64,000 nucleotides of DNA from Psilocybe cubensis. Its lineage: Eukaryota. Below are positions 1 through 9,700 of the stretch, piece after piece (position 1 is the first letter of the stretch; every line of letters begins with the position of its first letter). The notes under the pieces were generated by a model. The model did no database searches, was not told where the DNA came from, and saw nothing but the letters and a program-made list of their open reading frames with translations. The stretch lies in assembly GCA_017499595.2 (NCBI GenBank), contig CM039005.1, positions 806,001 through 870,000 on the forward strand, given 5' to 3'. The translations under genes and the position numbers were made by a program.

Positions 1-704
1 CACTTCAGGCTAAGTATTCTGCCATAGTTCTGTAGAACCCGTTGTAAAATCATTTCGGAACAAACTCTCACTCCAGCTCACTCCCCAATTACACATAGTC
101 TGCGGTAGCCTGCAGTGGCAGAGCCTGGTACTTGATTTATTTCGTAGGCTTCGCGAACCTCTGTTGTAACTTGAATTCTGTTTCTTCATGTCTCGGTTTT
201 CAATACATAATGTCCCGTTTTTTGTTCTGCTGTCTGCACCGTCTTGGTTCCTTTTCTTGAACTCTCACTTGACCCTCGTTGTCTTTATTCTTTCACCCCT
301 CATTTTGTCGCCCCACCCTCCTCTCCCTTTTTCCATCCTTTCCAGTGCTTGGTACAGCCACCGTGGTTACCGGTTTCAGCACTTATGTGGTGCAACCCAT
401 GCGCTCAGGCCTTTGGCGGCCCCCTTCTTCTCGTTTCCCCTCTTTGCGCGTTCACCTTAAGTTTCCGCGCTCTCTCTCGCGTCGGTTTTCACGCCAATCA
501 TGTGATCCGACCGACTTCTGGTCTTTCAAAGACCATCCGCCAAAGCCCTACGCACCCACTAAATAATCAGTTCAACCATATATTTCTTTCCTTCTCTTCA
601 CGTCTCACATCTCGACCCCTCTGATATAAGGGAAAGTTCACTACGAGCGATTTATCTTATCCGTTGTTTTTGGCTCGGCACCAACTCGGAGGCCCGTGGT
701 GTCC

Positions 705-723
705 CGTGGGAATGACTCGCGTG
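705..723 (+). promoter_or_regulatory. Conserved upstream element CGTGGGAATGACTCGCGTG (CSL-type site plus AP-1/Gcn4-like site) of FunK1 copy 1
   Basis: 17/19 identical to 39859-39877 upstream of copy 3; the CGTGGGAA core also lies upstream of copy 2. Confidence 0.5.
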
Positions 724-769
724 ACTAGTAATAGCTCTGAGCCACTGCCAACACCCAACTCATCCTGAA

Positions 770-3700
770 ATGCCATCAACACCGAGCAAACTCAAGAGTG
801 GTTCTCTTAGGCAAGCGGGTAGCCTCAAATATGTACGTCGTCACATCCCATATATAACTATCCTACCTACCTAAACAAAGACAAAGGCAGGAGGAGATCA
901 GGGCCGATCTTGAGCCAGACATTGGGAATTCAACCAGATGCAGCGTCAACGCATTTCTCAAGCACTTTCTCTACACTATTCTTAGGGACGATGACCCAAA
1001 GAAGGTGAAGTTGAACGAAATACAGAAATCTATAGAGGAGCTACAGTTGAGACGCTATGGAGAGGATTTGACTATAAATGAGGACACTACGAACAATGGA
1101 GCCACTAGCGACAATGTCGCTGCTGATTTGGCTGGGACTTTGAACTCAGCAGCGAGAATACAAGAGCGTGCCAATGATAAGGACGACGATACTCTGCTTG
1201 GGTCCGAGAAGGAAAAACAGCTGGTCCAAGAAAGGGATGCATTACTGGATCAACTCCTAGCAGACGCCCTCGAATTAGTGAAACCTGTTGCCAACAACAG
1301 TGAGGTGATTAAAAGGTTGAAAAAATTGTGAGTTACATGTTTGGTTGAAGTGATGTACAAACTGTAACGGTCTATTGCCAGTGGAGAGGCATTCGAAAGC
1401 GGGGAAGCTGCTCGTTATGGCCCGTTTGTCTCACTATGTAACACAGCCCTCCTCCTCCTAGCTTCTTGCAACTCAAAGCATCACTTTCGAGAGAAAGATG
1501 GTCTCGACATTCAGTTTCACTGCAATGATCCTAGCAACATCATGTCTAGCTACGATGGTATGCAGGATATCGAGCGTAAGCCAGATGTTGTCATCACGTC
1601 TCTCATAGCTTCCCTACTCGCAGCCTCAAAAAAATCGCCCAAGTATAAATTCCAATGGTCCGATATCCTCGGGTGCGCAGAGTTTAAAGTTTTGAGGAAG
1701 GGTATTCCCGAAGACGGCAAGCCGTGGCTCGAAGTTTCCGAAGTAAAAGCTTCTCCTCAAGTGCGGGAGCACACTATTGAGGGTGTCGAACCACCCAACG
1801 CTACAGAAGGTTCTGGGTCAAAACGAGTTCGAGATGATGTGTCCGTTGCGGAAAACCTTTTGTCATCGAAAAGACAGCGGCAGTCGAATGGTACAGCGAC
1901 GCCTACAAATTCAAACCCCGTCTCTTCAGCCTCATTTCCGGAAAACAATTTAAATCTGCAGGTCAACATGATCGAACAGAGCACGCAACAAGCCACTAAT
2001 GACGGTGTGGAGCGTGATGTCTCCATCGCGGAAAACTCTTTGCCATTGAATAATCGACGACAGTCTAGTGCAGCGACGCCTACGAGTTCAAAACCCATCC
2101 CTTCAGCCTCAGTTGCGAAAAAAAAATTAAATATGCAGGCCAACATAATGGAACAGAAGACACAACAGGCAATCAAAGGCGGGGTGCAGTGTGCGTCATA
2201 CGCGCTGGAAATGATGTCTTACAATGCAGGTGTTCATCATGCCATTAATTTGCTCTTTATGGGTAGGTTTTTCTTTTTCTTTTTGGGTGAACGCTTTGCG
2301 AATTCATTATTCTTATCAACACAGACGGACATATGTGCATTTGGTATTACGATCGCCAGGGAATAATACAGTCTGATGGCCTCAGCATCTTCGGGGATTT
2401 TTCTCAATTCCTTGTCCTCCTTTTTGCTTTTCAGCGTTTCTGCCCAGAAGACTGGGGCATCATTCGTTGCCTAAATCCTCAATTTTTTCATGGGATCGAA
2501 AACCAGACGAGGGTGAAGAATGAGCAAGGTCAGTAGGCAACCTCTCCTCGAAAGAATAATTCCTGATGAACTGCTAGAACCAATGCCAGAACCAGAAGTC
2601 AAATTGAATTTGCAACAAGATCTGTCCGGGTTGTGGGTTCGAAATGATCAGGACAAGATTCTGACAACGGTTGAGGTTGATATGAAGAGCTTTCTATCGC
2701 ACAAACCCCACTGCTTGAGCGGAAGGGCCACATCAGTTGTATCGGCTAAGGGTGGTGACCCAAAAAAAATGATGGTGTGTAAGATATATCACCCCGAGGT
2801 TGAACGACGGCACGAAGGAGAAACACTCCAGGTAGTCCGCAAGATAGCTGCAGACAATGATCAGACCATACTCAAACACCTGCCCTCTGTACTGTTTTAT
2901 GGAGACGTGCCGGGATGCACCACTCATCGTATTCGGAGCATGATTAAACGGCGATGGAAGGGCCACCGCACTCTCCGGATATTGGGTCTCAAAAAACTAC
3001 AGAAGATCACGTCCGTCGACGGTGCTCATTTTATCAAGGCTTGGCTTGAAACCGTTATATGTAAGCCATGACTGCTTCTTTTTGTCGATGTAGATTTTTG
3101 ACATGGAATGCCTATTTAGGTCACGCATTTCTTTGGAAAAACTACGTTGAACATGGGGATCCCAGTCTAAGCAATATCATGTACGACCCGGATGAAAATT
3201 GCGGGGTTCTGAGCGACTTTGATCTTTCTTTGCTGCAATGGGAACTTCGTGTCATTGGGACGGACAGAACCGGCACTGTCCCATTCATGGCTATCGAACT
3301 CCTGAGCAAGAAGTACTGGGAAGGGAAAATCCACAGATTTTATCACCATGAATTGGAATCATTCATTTGGATTCTCGCCTATGTGTGTCTTCTTTATGAC
3401 AGAGGGATTCGCAAAAAGAATGCGGCAGTTGATTCTTGGAGAACGTCGGACTATGGCGTGTGTCGTATGGAAAAGAGGGATTTCTACGGCAACTTAGATG
3501 AAGAACTTGCAAATCAGGTTCAGGCAAACTATAAGACATACTGGCCCACGGCTCAAAACCTCGTTCGCAATCTAGATATGTACCAGCAGACTTCGGCGAA
3601 CAACCCTCGTCCGGCTTCCGACAATCTCTGGGAAAGGTTCAACTCTGTATTGCGCTCAACCCTCCCGCCCAACAGTATTCCTGACCAGGAGGCTCTTTTG

Positions 3701-3790
3701 GAACGACTCAAATCTCAGAAGCCATCCTTTGAACCTCTTGATGAGACTGCACGACAGAAACTTTGGGCCAAGTATTCCATCATTGCCTAG
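770..3790 (+). CDS. FunK1 (fungal-type) protein kinase, copy 1; multi-exon
   Basis: ATG 770 (MPSTPSKL..). ORF pieces 1005-1331, 1542-2366, 2333-2536, 2520-3071 and 3068-3790 are joined by GT-AG introns (approx. 833-890, 1328-1381, 2263-2323, 2530-2577, 3061-3119). Motifs QCASYALEM, WYYDRQG, HGDPSLSN, SDFDLS, RTGTVPFMA and HHELESF match the FunK1/Pkinase_fungal pattern. Confidence 0.88.
1836..2190 (+). repeat. In-frame ~180-nt tandem duplication inside FunK1 copy 1
   Basis: DVSVAENLLSS..EQSTQQATNDGV is followed by DVSIAENSLPL..EQKTQQAIKGGV; copies 2 and 3 have a single unit. Confidence 0.8.
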
Positions 3791-4345
3791 GACTTGTTGG
3801 ATACACTTCGCTCTTCCCCGTCCTTTCGCATGTTCAACATATCCTGAAGAAAATTCTTACTCCCCAACAAGGGATATTGTGTGGTAGCCTAAGCCACATC
3901 TTTCGCTTTCTTCGAAACACGCCGTTATCTTACCCTTTCCACCAGTTCAGGCTTGGTGGAATTTTCGGCTTTGTTTGTTGGAAATACGGGATATACTTCT
4001 CCGCAATCAATTAAGTAATTATTGATAGCCCTAGAATAACCCTCGTGTAGCTGCTCGCACAAACGACCAAGATTTGTTCAGTTTTAAACGTACATGCTAA
4101 TCTTTGTTTATTGGGGAATACGAGAGACAAGTTGGCTAGTCTGGCCCATTTTCCGATCTAGATGATGCAAAGATTTTTATACCACCAAGACTTCACTCAA
4201 AATCCGACTTTTCCATGATCTCCATCGCGTCTCCTCTACCTTTCCTTTGCCCCTATTGTCATATTCCCTTATTTTTTTTCTTTTCTCCGCGTATTGATAT
4301 TCCTCTCCAAGTATCCTTTCCAAGTGTTGGCTGTATATTCTAAAA

Positions 4346-4657
4346 TCACTGATCCTCATCTTCTAAACCCGTCATGCAACAACTCCAGCATTGTCCATCA
4401 TTAAACGCGAACTGATTCCCGCCGCAATCTGGCTTTGTAGGGAAACAAGCCATAGTGCACATCATCGGTTTGTCTGGAGGGTAGCAGCATGTTGCCGACG
4501 ACCAGCATCCGGGTCCTCCTCTGGGTATTAATCCGGGAGGACAGGTGGGTGGTTGGAAGGCGCATTCGAGTGTGCAGACAGGTGGACGGCGCCCTGCTTG
4601 AAGCCCCGAGGCCAAGGAAGCGAAGAGAAGGAATGATGAAAGAGCTGCGTATAGCAT
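4346..4657 (-). CDS. Small secreted cysteine-rich protein (103 aa) with two 6-Cys repeats
   Basis: Signal-peptide-like MLYAALSSFLLFASLASG, then RR, then two C-x3-C-x6-C-x11-C-W-S-(x3)-CC units. TATAAAA at 4778-4784 (minus) and a 51-nt GTAAGT..CAG 5'UTR intron at 4678-4728. Confidence 0.8.
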   Translation of the reverse strand: MLYAALSSFLLFASLASGLQAGRRPPVCTLECAFQPPTCPPGLIPRGGPGCWSSATCCYPPDKPMMCTMACFPTKPDCGGNQFAFNDGQCWSCCMTGLEDEDQ

Positions 4658-5517
4658 TATTTGCACTGTGATTTTGCCTGTCATCGATGAGAATGATGCC
4701 GCAGTTATGGGAGGTATGTTGTACTTACTTATTGCTTGAAGTGGGAGGTTGGGATATCGTTGTACGGTGTTCATCGCTTTTATAGCTAGGTTACAGCAGG
4801 AGATCACTGCTAGTGCGTTATTGAGCTTCATCAGATAGACTTGGGTCTGGTCCCACTAGTTGGGATAGTTGCAAACGCGTTATCCAATTTGCGCTTGGTT
4901 TAACAGCTGTAACTCACGCACATCTCCTAACAGTGACAAAGATATGCAGGCCAATGCCATTTCAGCAGAACAAGATGCGCTTACTATTCCTTTCGCCTCG
5001 AGAGTCACCAGAAGCATTCTGATAACAACTCAGACCGTTGGAGATTCATCCATAAGGCGGGTAAATGGAAACGTTTGGTGCTACACGCATCCGCTAGCAA
5101 GGGGTCTTGGTCACTGTCCAACGGATACGCTATGCATCCCCATTACTTTTCCAACTTGGAGAATGCTCACTTTCTTCCATCGTTCATACGAATCAGCCTA
5201 ATTCCGAAATGTCCCTCTGAACTGAGAGATAAACAAGACGGCTATTATTTAGATAACGTTACCTCCCGTCAAGAATTCACGGTTCAACAGGCCCCAGGGC
5301 CTCCAGGGCCCCCTTCAGATCCCACGACATCTGCCGAAACTTACTATGCCTAAAGTAGTACATTCATAGCTACTTCTGGACGGTATGCATGCTGGGCTTC
5401 CCCACTGACAAATTGTGGCCTGTTCCGAGGGGCGTTAGACTATAACCTTGCGATCAAACCCACGTTTTTGAGTAGTGGTAAAATGTAAACTCGAGGAAGT
5501 GGAAGCTCCTGCGGGAG

Positions 5518-6151
5518 TAGGGCAGGGTTTGATACCTCCCGGCCGGTCTGTGTGATAGTGGTATAGGTTCGGCGCTCTCAACCGGTGTGTTACTTGTGTT
5601 TTAAACAGGTGTTATACCACATCACGTGACCTTCAGAGTTTTTTAATTTTAATTTTTTTTAAAAAAAAATGCATGACCAATTGACTGGAAGTCCTCATTT
5701 TTAAGCTTAAGAAGAGCTATAATAACTAATTATTCTACTGTTACATGGCTTATAAGATATATCTGTGATGTTTGTAAAGCTATCCAAAACCATAGGTCAT
5801 TTTTGATGCATACACTGGGAAATGTAACGGTGTCACATGGTGTGACTAGGGATCACAAACTCACTTTTTGCCGACTACATGCCGCCGCGGCATGAAGTAC
5901 AAAGTTAGAATTTAGAAACAGCGTACCATTTGATTGACAACGCTTTCCTGTAGCAAAACTATCAATAAAAGTCTAAAAATCAATGTAGATTGTTGGTAGA
6001 TTGAGAAGTTCTGACTATAATACCCCCGAAGATTAACACCAGTAAAACACACAGGATTTTGACCCTCTGGCTGTGTTATTGGTATAACACGTGTGTTACA
6101 TTGGTGTAATACCTTGGCGTGGTATACCAGTATGTAACAAACCCAGCACTA
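5518..6151. mobile_element. hAT-type non-autonomous element (MITE), 634 bp
   Basis: Imperfect 18-bp TIRs TAGGGCAGGGTTTGATAC (5518-5535) and GTAACAAACCCAGCACTA (6134-6151), 15/18. 8-bp TSD TGCGGGAG at 5510-5517 and 13376-13383. Subterminal GTGTTA/GGTATA repeats at both ends; no ORF. Confidence 0.72.
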
Positions 6152-6186
6152 TAGTTGAGGACAATCAAAGACATCAATTTTCGTAT

Positions 6187-6505
6187 TGTTGAACGACTAT
6201 TATTAATAAAGATCACGTTCGACCGTGTGACTCTCAGAGTCATATGATAAGTCATGTGAATAGATTACTAAGTAGATAGATGACTAAGTACTATACAGTA
6301 GTTACTGTCACTAGTCACATGTAACGCACTCTAGGTGTATATAAGGGCGACGCTAGTGCCCTCTAATAACAAGCGGTTTTCACAACCCACTCGAGTAGCT
6401 ACAACTCAAGTAACACGACCCAAAGGGTAAGTATTAAGTCAAGTCCTTAGCCACTGCGTACATAGACTGTGTAGAGTAGTTTTGGGCACATTATGCTGCT
6501 CAACA
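6187..6505 (+). repeat. 5' LTR
   Basis: TGTTG..CAACA; identical by eye to 12105-12423; TATATAA at ~6338-6344. Confidence 0.97.
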
Positions 6506-6517
6506 GGTTATGGGCCC
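6506..6517 (+). promoter_or_regulatory. Primer-binding site GGTTATGGGCCC (internal half of initiator tRNA-Met type)
   Basis: Directly after the 5' LTR; complementary to the tRNAi-Met anticodon arm, as in Drosophila copia and yeast Ty5. Confidence 0.85.
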
Positions 6518-6792
6518 CGTAGCCATAACGACGCAGGCTTGTTAGCCTTGCTGTCGACGGCACTGGCCTAGGGACAATACTTGCCCCCATGCTGCTCTGA
6601 AAGATAACGCCTATTTTGGCGATCTAGATGAGTGTGCAAAAGATCTTAATCTTGATTGGATCTTAGATCTGATCTTGAGATTGATTGGGCCTGACCAGCC
6701 CAACTGTTTCCTTTCTATTCTAAGTTCAGGATGTGAGAAAAAGCCTTGCTGACTTATTCTCGTCACAGGCTCAAACTTTAAGCGCACTAAGA

Positions 6793-9700
6793 ATGTCTTC
6801 CAAAGCAACTGTATCCGTTTCCGAATTCCCCAAATTCGATGGTTCCAACTATCGTAAATGGGCTGACAAAATGCTTCCCATATTCCTCCTGACTGGCGTT
6901 GATGGGGTTATTTCTGGAGATGTCGTGGCCCCTTCTCCAATTGAAGGAGAGCCTGCATTCCCATCCCCTGTTGCTCCGGCAACAACTGTTAACGCAGCTC
7001 AAATTGAGCTGTGGAAAATCCAATTCCAACGCTGGTCGCAAAGATCTTCGTCGTTTGAAAAAGCAATGAAAGATTTTAAGGAGCAGAATTCCAAGGCACT
7101 AGGTGTCATCGCGAATTCCTTGATCCCATCTATTTGGGAAACAGTCAAGGGAAAGACCGCGAAGGGGGCATGGGATGATCTGAAAGCAAAATACGATAAA
7201 GTTCAATTTGTTGAAGTGATGGAGGATTTTAAACGCCTGACCACCTTCAAATTTGATCTTTCGGATCCTACCCCTCAGCTGGCCCGTTTCAGAGCCATCT
7301 ACGAGCATGTCAAGAAGGTCGAAAATGCGGATCTAGTATCCGAGACCATGGCATGTCTCATCTTATTCTCACGTTTACCCCTTGCGGTATCGCCCAATCA
7401 ACCGCCCTCCATATATCAAGACCTTATTAATGATTATGGAGACAAGACCAAGATTGACGACATGAAGCTGGAGGCTATCTCCGCTGATATCCGCAATCGT
7501 TGGGGAGCGCGGTTTGGTAATCTGGATGACAGGCAAAAACCTAAAAAGGGTACGACATATGACCCTAAGCCTGCACCAAAGACCGGCCCTTCCCGGGCAC
7601 CGCAACAGTCGGCTGAACGCAATACTGCGATCCGACCAAAAGGGGAACACCCCCACTATCATCCTTCGAAGACCCCTAATCAGGGACAGTCTCAGGGTGA
7701 TAATCAGGAGAAGAGGATTCGTAAGCGTGCCCCACGAGGCAAAGGCAAGCAGCGTGCACAAGGTAATACAGCCTTAGCGGATGATGTCTTTATGGCATCA
7801 ACATTGACGGTTCTCAAACCGGCAATTCCAGCTCCCACCACGTCAAGGATCATCGAGATCAACGGTAGAGGAAGTATCTCCTCCCGTACCTCTGCTCCGG
7901 CTGGGCCCTGGAGAAATCCGGACACACGCATGGCGCCATACCCGGCTCCTGCTGCTGCACGCAGCCTAGCTTCCAGAATTGGAGTAAAGCCTACTTCACA
8001 GGCACTCCAGATCATGGAAAGCGTTGCCACGAGCAGCTTACAAATTCCTTCGGATGTCTCCCTCGCAGAGAAGTTGAAGACTCCGCCCGTCAACTCTGAA
8101 ACCATTGACGATCACATGGTAGTTGATGGTGAGATCACATCTCCGGAGATCGAAAAGCTTAATAATGAGCTATTTGGACCGGAACCAAAGCAATGGGGTG
8201 ATATCCCAAACTTTGATGATCAAAGAGAACGGTCTCCTGATGTTCCTATTGAGGAACGTGTGGATTACGGAGAAAACGATGAGGATCTCTATGATGGTTA
8301 CTATGATGACCATTTTGTTGATAGGCAAGTAAGTTCTAGTTCTAGCAATTGGACCATAAATAACGCTGAGATTCCCACAGGGACTACCCCATCTAGAGAC
8401 GACAACGACTCAACAGTCGACCGGCCGGAGGAGGAGGAGTTTCCTGTAGATATTTACTACTCATTTGTACATGATGTATACCAAAAATATCTATCTCATT
8501 TTGCGTGTTGTCCAGATTGCAAAGGAAAAGGAACTGAAAAACCCAAAAAGGGGAAAGAAGCCATAACGGCTTGGTTAATGGACAGTGGTGCTAGTGTGCA
8601 CTTTACTGGCGATAAGTCTGATTTCGCAAGTTACCAAGACTTTGCTGAGAATAATCGACCTATTTCGCAAACTGCCACTACCACAGTGCCTATCACCGGT
8701 TTTGGAACAGTCTTCGTAGAAGTGGTTTCACACTCCGAGGATCTGGGACATGAAGTCCGCCGACTCCATCCTGTTCTATACATGGAACAATTACATGTTC
8801 GATTAATGTCGATGGGACAACTCCTGTCGTCCGGCATGACCATAGAAGGAACAGCTAAAGTCCTTCGGTTCTTTGATTTGCCTAAAAAATCATATGGCCT
8901 GCAGGCCAGGGCAGATTCAATTGAATCGAACAGACATCCAATGTATTGGGTGCATACGCGCATTGTCTCTGGAGAAGACATTAGCACGTTATCTTCGACT
9001 CTTCAAGAGTCAAGTGACCTTTGGCATCGACGCCTTGGTCATCCCTCTGACGATGTTCTAAGACATTTTAGGGACTCCACTAAGAACTTTCCCAAAATAA
9101 GTGTACCCAAGGACAAAAATGTCTGTGAAGGCTGCGCGAAGGGTAAAATGACTGATAAGTCATATGACGAAAACCCCAAACACGCAAAGAAGCCTTTTGA
9201 TCATATTCATTGTGATCTCAAGACATTTTCTGTTTATTCCTACCAGAAGTGTAAATACTTCATGTCCTTTTTGGACGACCACACCCCACACGTATGGCTC
9301 TACTTTCTTAAAAAGAAGAGTGATGCCGCTGCGGCTGTGAATTCTTTCGAGAAAATGGTGGAAAAACAGTACGGTACCTCCGTCAAAGAATACTTCTTTG
9401 ATAATGGCGGAGAATTCGTTAGTACCGAGTTCTTGGAACGGCTACAAAATGCCGGTACACGTGCCTGCTTTACAGCTCCCTATGCTCATCAGAGCAATGG
9501 TCGAGCTGAAAGACTAAACAGGACAATTATGGAAAAGTCTAAAGCGATGAGGCATTACGCCTGTCTACCGGATAGCTGGTGGCAATTTTGCTGTGCCCAC
9601 GCTGTCTTTCTATACAATAGGACTCCGGTAAAACGCATCGAGTGGAAGACACCCCATCAGGCCCTTAAGGGGGAGTTACCTGATGTGTCTAAAATTAAAA

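Noticed and set aside
188-624. Overlapping ORFs in pyrimidine-rich DNA
   Set aside because: Low-complexity F/S/P/L translations with no motifs or splice pattern; possibly a repeat remnant but no termini visible.
4869-5353. Short ORFs including a PGPPGPP collagen-like patch
   Set aside because: Only two to three triplets and no supporting gene structure.
6620-6690. GATCT-rich degenerate repeats in the copia leader
   Set aside because: Irregular spacing; could be a packaging or dimerisation signal but nothing testable by eye; not a CRISPR-like array.
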